A stretch of DNA of 33,517 bases, taken from contig UYFQ01000173.1 of assembly GCA_900617105.1 (NCBI GenBank), forward strand, positions 62,001-95,517, written 5' to 3'. A model generated the notes under the pieces. It made no database searches and was not told where the DNA came from. It saw only the letters and a program-made list of their open reading frames with translations. Source of the stretch: Hydrurus foetidus (Eukaryota). This document shows positions 1 through 8,485 of this stretch, one piece after another. Every line of letters starts with the position of its first letter. Positions within the stretch are counted from its first letter, which is position 1. Both the position numbers and the translations under genes were made by a program.

Positions 1-1166
1 TGCGTATGTTATTTATAAGAACAACCTCTTCATTGGTAAGGTGTAAACCAAATCCTCGCCACTCATCGAAGAAGCCACTGACCATAATACCCATACCCTC
101 TGATTTCTGTCGTAAGTTTATCATGCCTTTTACATTCCAGCAGCTTGATAGCATCGCGAACTGCTTGAAGATTGCTTCATCTTGACCAACGTGGTATAGC
201 GGTAGACGGCATTTGCACAATGCTGGATCATGCCTGTGACGACAAGGTAATGCATTCCATTCATCAGCACCGAGATTGTAGTAATACTCTCCTGGCCTTC
301 CTGTTCTAGTGATCATCTCTTTTCTATACATTTCGTGAACCTCTTCATCTAAGTAGTCCACATGAATTTTTACTCTTGGATTAGGGTTGTCAGCCGTGAT
401 AGATGGAAGGGTGGGATCAATCGAGCATGCCCTCAAAACCTTTTCCCTGTTATCTAAAGCCATTTGTGTTGCACTTGACAAGGAACTGTCAATCCAGACA
501 GGCAGTCGGAGTGATGCCTGTAATTGAGCTGATCCGTATCTAGTAATTGTCATAAGGTAGACACGTTATTGCCATTGGATTAATAGAAGCTTTCATCGAA
601 GCAAGTCACCTTTCTTTCAAGTCTTTCTTCGTGCTCTCAGCCTCGTGTGAATCTGTGTAGTATGATATAGTTGACTTTTCGTACTTGCATCCACATCTCA
701 ACATCCATCTGTGAACTGTCGATCTTCGGAATGGCCTCAATTTGTTGAACGCCTGCAAACCAATAGCAGATTTCGGTGGGTCCTTCGCAATGAGAGCTTC
801 TAAATCTCTTGTCGCAACGTCAACGGTTAGTTTCCTCTGATTCTTCAGATATATCTCGAACCTTAGCTTATAGCCATACTCCTCTAAGAATGAATCTCGA
901 TCCCAAACACCCCTTGTGTCTTCCTTGAAACCTCCATTCTCAATGAATTCATTATACCACACAAGAGCAGTCTTCGGGCTTATCTTCTTGCAAGTCTGTC
1001 CTGCGACTTCCTCAGCTAAGCTTGCCATTGAATACAGTGTTCGAAACTTGTTCTTTTCAATTTCATGATCTTTTAGTCTCTCAAGTACTTGGTGTTTGTC
1101 ATTAATTTTCATCTTAAGATTAGCATCATTTAAATCCTCTGTCACAAGGCACCTCTCCAGTGCCAT
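1..1166 (-). CDS. Tc1/mariner (IS630-like) superfamily DDE transposase, partial; exons 1166-610 and 539-<1, intron 609-540; runs off the window
   Basis: ORF 1166-606 has HTH-type segments and RRSTVHRWMLRCGCKY...YYTDSHE, resembling the 'RWL..LGF.Y....Y.DGHE' motif of protist/fungal Tc1-like transposases. A donor AG|GTGACT at 609 and acceptor TACTAG at 540 join it in frame to a stop-free exon I translated by hand. That exon contains HVGQDEAIFKQF (first catalytic Asp) and LRQKSEGMGIMVSGFFDE. The true start is uncertain. Confidence 0.75.
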
Positions 1167-1581
1167 CTTTTTTATTGATCTCGCGCAGAAATGCTGTGAC
1201 TACTAGACACTGTGACATGACCCTTGTGAGCTGCGTCTCGCTTGTCGACTCCAGCGTCATATCTTCTTTTGTAAGATCAATCAAGGTGTCTTAAAGCGTT
1301 TGCTGTGCTGAAGATGTTGATCCAGTCGCACAGTGTCAGCCAATGCAGCTTCAGACGACTGGTAGCCACCAACATACTGCACTGCAACCCTCTTCGAAAG
1401 ATTCTTCGCAGCGATGCGGTAGGAATCTTTGTCCTTCTGTACAACGCTGTAAGACCACTTCGGCATGAGAAATTTTACACTGCTTTATTTCTGTAACGAT
1501 TTGAGTCGAAGTAAATAGGTCAAAAGATGCATCACACTTGCAGCAACTATGTGGCGCTCTTCGCTTAGCAAGGAACATCAT
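1167..1581 (-). pseudogene. Frame-disrupted probable N-terminal part of the transposase
   Basis: Successive coding-like segments in different frames (ORF 1466-1281, then LIDLTKEDMTLESTSETQLTRVMSQCLVVTAFLREINKK) lead into the 1166 ORF across an A-rich stretch. The breaks may be decay or sequencing indels. Confidence 0.35.
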
Positions 1582-1803
1582 CTACAGATAGTTAAGCAGC
1601 ATCGCAATAGCCCTCAAATAAAGCAATGAGCAATAAAATTTGAATTTCAAAAATTTTGAGAAGCGAAAAGCACTGTGAGGACCGGACAGTGATTTCGGTT
1701 CTTTTGAGCTGTCGCAAATGAGAAACCGTTCGCCAGAAAAAAAGCAAAGTCAAAACGAATTTTTCTTCCGTCTCTTGGTGACACCAGCCTGTAGCTGGGT
1801 CCG

Positions 1804-2249
1804 CAGGGCGGCGGAGTGTTGTCTAAGATAATCACGTACCCCCTCCCCCCTCTCGTCAAACCAGAAAACTTTTTACAATACACGAATTTTACGGAAAGTA
1901 GATGAAATCCGTAGATTAAAACCGGATTCACCGACTATAAATACGGAAACAGTCTGACGAAAACAGATTTCGTTATTTTATATTCCAAATTATTTTACCG
2001 ATTTATGGTGTCACGGATTTTTTGAGTCACGGATTTTTTGGTTTACCGATTTTTCGATTTTCCGTTTCACCGAAAAGTTTTTCGAGGTCGTTTTTACCGA
2101 TTTACTTCACGGAAATTGAATAAAAACCGTAATTTAGAGAGCTTTTAAGTTTCGCGAAAACGAAAAAGTTTCGTGAAAATCCCCCCCCCCCTCCCCCTAT
2201 CGGGTTTTGACCATGACGTGATTATTTTAGACAATACTCCGCCGCCCAG
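1804..2249. mobile_element. Non-autonomous hAT-like element (MITE), 446 bp, 34-bp TIRs, 8-bp TSD
   Basis: 1804-1837 (CAGGGCGGCGGAGTGTTGTCTAAGATAATCACGT) matches the reverse complement of 2216-2249 at 31/34. Flanks are TGGGTCCG (1796-1803) and, after removing the Copia insertion, TGGGCCCG (8300-8307), a 7/8 match. The interior has many short TACCGATTT/CACGGATTT/ACGGAAA motifs like transposase-binding subterminal repeats. Confidence 0.75.
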
Positions 2250-2528
2250 TGTTGGAATTCTGGGCGAATTACACGGAATTTCTTCCGAGTTCCCAAACGA
2301 TCCCTGCACTTCCGACTGCTAGCAACGCTCGCTCAAAAGAGAAGAAGACGTTCTATTCGGTAAGTTGGATTAAACGACAGTGACATGCTGTCGATTACAT
2401 CTAGCTAGCATAACATGAGTGCGAGGGTTGCGGTCAATGTTATCGCTGAATGTACGTACACCCGTGCATGAAAACAATCATACATCACACAGGGTACAAG
2501 ATCCTAGTCTAATCCGGATATCCCAACA
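2250..2528 (-). repeat. 3' LTR (279 bp)
   Basis: Direct repeat of 8015-8294. The only difference I could see is A4 versus A5 after GCATG. Confidence 0.96.
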
Positions 2529-2536
2529 CACCCCCA
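2529..2536 (-). promoter_or_regulatory. Short polypurine tract (TGGGGGTG) abutting the 3' LTR
   Basis: G-run on the minus strand immediately upstream of the 3' LTR, the expected plus-strand primer position. Confidence 0.6.
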
Positions 2537-3039
2537 TGATGGTTATTGTTTGAATAAGTGAATATGTTAATTAGCATATGCTTATATAGTATACTTATTG
2601 GTTATTGTTCATAATGTTTCACACAACACTCAGATAGGGAACTTAGTGTTAGGGTATGGTAAACAGTAAATTTTCTTAAAAATATTTTTCACGGAATTTT
2701 TTAATATTGACAAGTTGCGTCGTGATGTGGTGTAAAATAAAACATGGGTGGTTGGATTAGTAAATGGGTATTGCTCGAGAAAAACTATTTGTAAACCGTC
2801 AAAAAAGCCTCAGCTGGTGACCGGTCTCGAGTTCGATCCAACCGATGTTGGTGCCCTTAAATCCGCTAAAACGTCGACATTCGATGTCGCAAAAGCGGTG
2901 TATCGATGTCCCTCGCGGTCCTATCAAACAAATGTTGATTTAAAGCGAAATCAGATTTTTATTTTTATTTTGTAATTTATCTGGAAAAAGCGCTATAAGT
3001 GGGTAAGTCAAAATCAATAAATAACTCCCCTGAATTTCT

Positions 3040-6000
3040 TTATACATTGAGCACTTGGTCGCGTAGCTCTTGGAATAGCTTCCCCTGCAGTGGCTTGGTC
3101 AGCAAATCTGCAATCATTTCTTTAGTACTCTTGTAGGTTACAATAATATGGTCTGATTTAATTCGGTCATGCAGGAAGAAAAACTTGATGTCTATGTGTC
3201 TAGTTCTTTCACTGTTGGACCTACCGTTCTTAACTAACTGAATTGTGGATAGGTTATCTTGGTAAATTAAAGCTGGACCTACCTCATACTCTTGATGGAT
3301 AAGGAAATTCCTAGTCCATAAAACCTGATTACCTGCTTCAGTCATAGCTACTAGTTCTGCCTCTGTGCTAGACGTAGTATTTAATTTCTGAGTGGAACTC
3401 TTACCATATATTGCTCCCTTACCTAGTGTTATAATACAGCCAGTGTGACTCTTCTTATCTGCATGTACAGCGTATGATGCATCTATATAGGCTATAACCT
3501 TAACCGGAGTATCTACCTCTAGGGTCAGCGGCGTAGCTCTGGTCTCTCTGATATACCGTATAGTATGCGCTAACTTATTCCAGTCGTCGGTTCTAGGTTC
3601 TAAGACTCTTTTAGTTAGATATGCTATACATGTCAGTATGTCTGGTCTGGTTCTCTTACTTAAATATAACAACTTAGCTGTTAGTGAGTGGAATCTCTCA
3701 CGTTCTTTATCTTTCAATAAAGGACTGTTAAGATCGATCTTGAATAGATTATCGTCGGCAGGTGTTCTAGACACCCCCACAATCTCTATGCAATCGTCTA
3801 ACAAGTCTTTTATGAAACCTTCCATGGATATGACAACTCTGCCTAACTGCTCAAAGTTAAAAGTCATACCTATATAATTCAACACTCTGCCTCTACTCTT
3901 AGTCAGGCCTGGGTATAGGTTTTCTATCTCTGAAATTATACTATCTATACGCTTCTCATCCCTACTGCTGATCATCATATCATCAACATGGATAACTAAA
4001 GTAGTCTGAGTGGAATCTAGCTCAGTCCTATTGAATACACATATGTCTGATGGATTTACCTTATAGCCTAACTGTGTTAAGTCTGATGATATTTTATCGT
4101 ACCATAACTTAGCTGACTCTACACATCCATATAATGCTTTCTTAAGCTTAACTACTACTGTTCCTTTCTCATTTACATACTTCTGATAGGACTTGTCAAT
4201 GCTAACTAATATGTTAGTCAAATATTTATTCAGTCTCATCAGCACTGCATGGTCACCGTCTAGTGGCATATCACTGTTGAGGAATGCACCAGGAAAATCG
4301 ATCGTAGCGACCGCTCGATTTTCACTAGCAGCAATTGCAGCAACAATAAATACGCTAGTGGTGCTAACAGTTGGTGATGAACCGTTATCATATATATTTC
4401 TATCTTGTAAGTGACCTCCTGCTACAAGTCTAGATTTTAGCTTATCAAATTTACCATCTGCTGTATACTTATCTTTCAAGAACATACTGCTGGTTATGAT
4501 ACTTTTCCTCTGATTGTAACTAAGACTGTTGAGGTGAACTGCCTCCCACACATTCTTATCACACATCTGTTGTAACTCTTTTTTAATGGAATCTACGGCT
4601 ATCTCGCCTAATTTCTGTACTCCTTCTGTTACGGTCATGTTCATCATGTACTTACACATGACTGAATCTTTGTAGCTAGGTATACTTAAACCTACTAATC
4701 TCTTGTTCCATCTGCCTGGCTGATGGTTTCTAGCACTACGTCTGGGTTGTTTATCTAGAATTTCCTCTGACTTGCTATTTTCTGTGGTGGGGGTATCTAC
4801 CTCATCATCACTGTCTACACCAAATATATCATTCATTAATGCATCGGGGTCAGTTGGTGTATCGTCATACACTACATCCACTCCTTCATTAACGTATATA
4901 TCATTTGGTATGTATTCTGTTAATTGTTCAAACTCTGATTCGTAAGCTACGTCAGAATTGACATCGTATGAGTCAAAATTATTTGCTATCTCATGATGCA
5001 CAAATTCGTCTGCTGTGGGGTAACTATACGGTGTTATCATGTCAGGTGTCTGCAACTCAAATTCATCGTTGGAGTAATCATTTCCGTCGTCTTCGAGGAT
5101 TTGATTACTCTGTTCGAAAATAGGTTGCTTGACATTCACTGACATATTTAATTTCCTCTCAGATGCTAACTTATCGAGGTAACTGATCACATCATCTGTC
5201 ATGGGTAGGCTAGTGGCCTTTGTCCTCTTGACTACTTTTAAGTTACTTAACAGCAGATAATACCATGACCCTTCTAAGTTGCCTGCACTAACTAATGCTA
5301 TCGCTGCCTGTGATCTGGGCTTAGTCGAGTTGTCCACGGAGTCGGTATGTACTTGTACGTAATCACCGAAACCGTGTTTCAACTCCTTATCTACGTTAAT
5401 CTTTCTACCGTATAATTTCTCTCTGGGGCTGACGTAAGCTACACTGTTTCTAGTTGGTACTAAATTTAATCTGTTAACAACATATCTAAGTAACCAACTT
5501 TCTAGTAGCTCACTCAGTGAAAAAGGTACCGTGTTGATGATGGCACGAACACGTTCCTTGATCACTCTGATCTTCCTCTCAACTACAGCTACTGCTTCTC
5601 CTGCTCCAGTACTGTCTAATATAATACCTAGTGCGGCTAGCTTACTCTCAAAACTTATAGTGTTAACTGCCGACTCTCCGTCTATTCTTATCATAGTTAT
5701 CTTAAATCCATACTTAGTGATGTGATGTATGTTGCTCTCTAAGTTCATCCATAAGGAAGACTTGTTTTTACGTGAGAGTTTACATATCATCACATATTCT
5801 AAGGGATTTGTAACAGTGACTAGATAGGGTATCGAGTTGACAAACATCAGATCTATGTACATAACCTGGTTCAGGAACTGCCTATCTACAACTGGCATCT
5901 CTTCCTCTAACTCAGTTTTGTGACTAGTTGTTTTCCCCTTAAGGGAACCCAAATCTGGTCCAAAAATATCTAATGCTCTGACTACATCTTGTGCTGTTAT

Positions 6001-6822
6001 GTCGCTCTTATCTAATTTCCCCTGACCTATTAATTTAATTAACTGTCCTGGGCTGGCGTAACCTAACTTTCTCTGATACTCTCTAGCTAACTCTGCTGAC
6101 TTAACTTGTCTAGCTGTATACAGTTTCTTCTTATCCTTAACTGTCATGACCATGATCGATTTATCGAACGATACATTCTTGTAACTGACATTTCTGTCTA
6201 AGTCGCATAGATATATGTTCGTAGACTGATCATGGACAAATCTATATACAGGTCCTAACTTAATCATCCTAACTTTGTAACAATCCTGGTCACTGTCATA
6301 GCTAACTGACTCGCTCGAGCTGACTATGTTACCGAAGGATAATATATTTGCTATACAATTTCTATCGTAGTAAACTGTTCCGAAGTCCGTCTCGCCACAC
6401 TCCGTGATTATCAAGGGTTCCCCCTGAGGGTTCACTCCATTAATAATCATCGGGGTAGCGGACGGCGTGATACTATAAAATAAATCTCCACTACAAAATA
6501 CTGACTCTGCTGCACATGTATCTAACAACACTTGTCTATCTGTAAATGTGGAACTGTGTGTATATACATTCGCACTAAAAATCACAGGGTCACCCCCACA
6601 ATTTTTACTGTTCAGTGGACAAAAATTCTCCAAGCTGCATGCTTTATCTAACAAAGGCACAAACGCAGGGTAACCGGTCGACGTTGCAAATACGTCATGC
6701 AGTCCGGTTTCCCCACACGGAACATTTACATCCTTAGCTAGTGAATCAGGTAAAAAAACATATAAGGGACTTACTTTTCCGAGGAAGTGTGACGCGCAGG
6801 TGCGTTCTTCCTCGGCGGCTTC
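3040..6822 (-). CDS. pol: Pol polyprotein (aspartic protease, integrase, reverse transcriptase, RNase H); frame open from 6822, ORF-track GTG start at 6660
   Basis: PR: VLLDTCA. IN D-D-E: YIDLMF / RIDGE / VVERKIR. RT: TIDFPGAFLN, KALYGCVESAKLWY, IHVDDMMI. Copia-type RNase H: YIDASYA, STEAELVA, YQDNLS, RTRHIDIKFFF, MIADLLTKPL. No internal stops. Confidence 0.96.
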   Translation of the reverse strand, partial: EAAEEERTCASHFLGKVSPLYVFLPDSLAKDVNVPCGETGLHDVFATSTGYPAFVPLLDKACSLENFCPLNSKNCGGDPVIFSANVYTHSSTFTDRQVLLDTCAAESVFCSGDLFYSITPSATPMIINGVNPQGEPLIITECGETDFGTVYYDRNCIANILSFGNIVSSSESVSYDSDQDCYKVRMIKLGPVYRFVHDQSTNIYLCDLDRNVSYKNVSFDKSIMVMTVKDKKKLYTARQVKSAELAREYQRKLGYASPGQLIKLIGQGKLDKSDITAQDVVRALDIFGPDLGSLKGKTTSHKTELEEEMPVVDRQFLNQVMYIDLMFVNSIPYLVTVTNPLEYVMICKLSRKNKSSLWMNLESNIHHITKYGFKITMIRIDGESAVNTISFESKLAALGIILDSTGAGEAVAVVERKIRVIKERVRAIINTVPFSLSELLESWLLRYVVNRLNLVPTRNSVAYVSPREKLYGRKINVDKELKHGFGDYVQVHTDSVDNSTKPRSQAAIALVSAGNLEGSWYYLLLSNLKVVKRTKATSLPMTDDVISYLDKLASERKLNMSVNVKQPIFEQSNQILEDDGNDYSNDEFELQTPDMITPYSYPTADEFVHHEIANNFDSYDVNSDVAYESEFEQLTEYIPNDIYVNEGVDVVYDDTPTDPDALMNDIFGVDSDDEVDTPTTENSKSEEILDKQPRRSARNHQPGRWNKRLVGLSIPSYKDSVMCKYMMNMTVTEGVQKLGEIAVDSIKKELQQMCDKNVWEAVHLNSLSYNQRKSIITSSMFLKDKYTADGKFDKLKSRLVAGGHLQDRNIYDNGSSPTVSTTSVFIVAAIAASENRAVATIDFPGAFLNSDMPLDGDHAVLMRLNKYLTNILVSIDKSYQKYVNEKGTVVVKLKKALYGCVESAKLWYDKISSDLTQLGYKVNPSDICVFNRTELDSTQTTLVIHVDDMMISSRDEKRIDSIISEIENLYPGLTKSRGRVLNYIGMTFNFEQLGRVVISMEGFIKDLLDDCIEIVGVSRTPADDNLFKIDLNSPLLKDKERERFHSLTAKLLYLSKRTRPDILTCIAYLTKRVLEPRTDDWNKLAHTIRYIRETRATPLTLEVDTPVKVIAYIDASYAVHADKKSHTGCIITLGKGAIYGKSSTQKLNTTSSTEAELVAMTEAGNQVLWTRNFLIHQEYEVGPALIYQDNLSTIQLVKNGRSNSERTRHIDIKFFFLHDRIKSDHIIVTYKSTKEMIADLLTKPLQGKLFQELRDQVLNV

Positions 6823-7958
6823 TTACACTCGTACGCGTAGTGCCCCTCCTCCCCGCAGTTGTTGCAAGCTCCGTAACGGGTACCGTACTCCTGTACGGCA
6901 CCAACTCTCTCTCTATGCGGGGTGGCCTCCCTATCCCTATAGGGAGTGCCTGCCCTCGCCGTACTCTCGCTGCCGGGGGTATCGTACCCTCCCTTCTCAG
7001 CTCCGCTGTAGCTGCTTCCTCCGCGGCCTCTGCCGCCTCTGCCTCCGGAACCCGCTCTCCCACCCCGACTGGCCGCGAAAACGTTTCGCCTTTCCGAGTT
7101 CGGGGGAGCTCCTCCGTGGACGGGCCTTCCCATAAGGAAGTTGGCCGCGTCCTGGTTGGCCTCAGCCATGGTCTGCGGCCATGACCGAACCTTATTTTTA
7201 AACGTATTAATATAATCTGAATAGTTTGAATTCAATCCAGTTATAAATAATACAGAATAGAACTCATCTGTGTGTTCTGGGGCTTCTTCGTCCGCCATCC
7301 TGTAGGCTTCGTTCTTCACGAACAGCAGCGTCCTACACCTACTATAATAAGCAGCTAGGTCCTCGTGTGCAGTCATTTTATTTGTATAGAAATTTCTAAC
7401 TGCAGTTATAGTGTTAAATGTTTCTCCATACCTTTTGTTGCTCATGTGTGTTGCAATCACACATGTCAACAGACCTAGTGGATCACACTCCTCCATAGCT
7501 CTCTTCCCAGACGGCATCTCGTTGACCCTGGTCTGTGAAGCCTCTGACATTTGACCTAATAATACACCATACAATTTCGCGCAGTCTTTTGTAAGTAAAT
7601 CATCAGCAGCATCATATTTCTTACGTGCAGTTTTCCATCGTTCTATCGCGACAAGACCGGCTCCCTCCGGCGGGTCTTCAGGTTCCATCTGCTCCACGTA
7701 ATCGTAGAGGATGCCGTCTATACCTATAATCTCTTTACTAGAAGATTCATAAGTACTGTACATATATACTCTAAAACATTCGAGCCATTTCAACACGGCT
7801 TCCGGATCTGCCGCTTGGCCTCGTGGCAGATCCAGGTAAGCACCTACCTCGGGCTTCCTACCTTTTACTATGGGTTTATGGGGCTCGCCTTGCCCCCTAC
7901 CATATCGACCCCTGCCCCCGCCACGGGACTGGAATCTCCCATCGCCTCGTCCTCTCAT
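6771..7958 (-). CDS. gag: Gag protein, 395 aa, with RGG-rich ends and a CCHC zinc knuckle
   Basis: ATG 57 nt after the 5' LTR; CNNCGEEGHYAYEC matches CX2CX4HX4C; capsid-like core (FITGLNSNYSDY); lies upstream of pol. Confidence 0.92.
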   Translation of the reverse strand: MRGRGDGRFQSRGGGRGRYGRGQGEPHKPIVKGRKPEVGAYLDLPRGQAADPEAVLKWLECFRVYMYSTYESSSKEIIGIDGILYDYVEQMEPEDPPEGAGLVAIERWKTARKKYDAADDLLTKDCAKLYGVLLGQMSEASQTRVNEMPSGKRAMEECDPLGLLTCVIATHMSNKRYGETFNTITAVRNFYTNKMTAHEDLAAYYSRCRTLLFVKNEAYRMADEEAPEHTDEFYSVLFITGLNSNYSDYINTFKNKVRSWPQTMAEANQDAANFLMGRPVHGGAPPNSERRNVFAASRGGRAGSGGRGGRGRGGSSYSGAEKGGYDTPGSESTARAGTPYRDREATPHRERVGAVQEYGTRYGACNNCGEEGHYAYECKKPPRKNAPARHTSSEK

Positions 7959-8003
7959 CCTTGCAAGATTTTTGCAACTTTCTAGCTAATCTATCTAAGG
8001 ATG

Positions 8004-8014
8004 ACTGTCGTTTA
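8004..8014 (-). promoter_or_regulatory. Non-canonical primer-binding site TAAACGACAGT, complementary to LTR-internal 8146-8136 (candidate self-priming PBS)
   Basis: Directly abuts the 5' LTR, lacks the TGG of tRNA 3'-end PBSs, and is an 11/11 complement of ACTGTCGTTTA in the LTR on the same RNA strand. Confidence 0.7.
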
Positions 8015-8294
8015 TGTTGGAATTCTGGGCGAATTACACGGAATTTCTTCCGAGTTCCCAAACGATCCCTGCACTTCCGACTGCTAGCAACGCTCGCTCA
8101 AAAGAGAAGAAGACGTTCTATTCGGTAAGTTGGATTAAACGACAGTGACATGCTGTCGATTACATCTAGCTAGCATAACATGAGTGCGAGGGTTGCGGTC
8201 AATGTTATCGCTGAATGTACGTACACCCGTGCATGAAAAACAATCATACATCACACAGGGTACAAGATCCTAGTCTAATCCGGATATCCCAACA
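8015..8294 (-). repeat. 5' LTR (280 bp)
   Basis: Direct repeat of 2250-2528 with TG...CA ends, followed by TSD CCCAG. Confidence 0.96.
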
Positions 8295-8485
8295 CCCAGT
8301 GGGCCCGCAGACTGCCGAGCCCAACCCCCACTGCTTGAAATTTTGGATGACGTTCTATCCCACAAAGCCCATAGCCACAGCTAAATCGAATCGCTCATCT
8401 CTCGTCTCATACTTGCTATGTGTGTATAGTGCATAGTGCATAGTGCAGTACAAAGTGATTACGTCTGTCACCAATTCATTTCGAC

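Larger units (their letters stand above)
1..1793 (-). mobile_element. Tc1/mariner-like DNA transposon, 5' portion; candidate terminus TA|CAGGCTGGTGTCACC at 1793-1777
   Basis: Carries the transposase. The minus strand reads TA followed by CAG at 1793-1789, typical of Tc1/mariner ends. The partner TIR would lie outside the window, so the end is unverified. Confidence 0.45.
2250..8294 (-). mobile_element. Full-length Ty1/Copia LTR retrotransposon (CoDi-like), 6045 bp
   Basis: Two LTRs bounded by TGTTGG...CCAACA, a 5-bp TSD CCCAG (2245-2249 and 8295-8299), and gag plus pol in PR-IN-RT-RH order. Confidence 0.97.

Noticed and set aside
2529..3039. ~510-bp region between pol and the 3' LTR as a possible env-like or extra gene (ORF 2748-2975)
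   Set aside because: The only ORF is short, antisense to the element, GTG-started and has no recognisable motif; treated as a long 3' UTR.
6751..6757. Canonical slippery heptamer U_UUU_UUA near the gag/pol junction
   Set aside because: It lies downstream of the gag stop and is phased in the pol frame, so it cannot move ribosomes from gag into pol.
6741..7184. Overlapping ORFs within the 3' part of gag (6741-7184+, 6746-7063-, 6800-7135+)
   Set aside because: Expected by-products of the GC-rich RGG-coding segment.
7997..8014. Conventional tRNA 3'-end PBS
   Set aside because: No TGG (complement of CCA) within the first bases after the 5' LTR, and no match that I recognise to initiator-Met tRNA. 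An internal tRNA fragment cannot be excluded without a search.
8426..8447. (ATAGTGC)x3 just upstream of the protease ATG
   Set aside because: Short tandem repeat with no evidence of a regulatory role from sequence alone.
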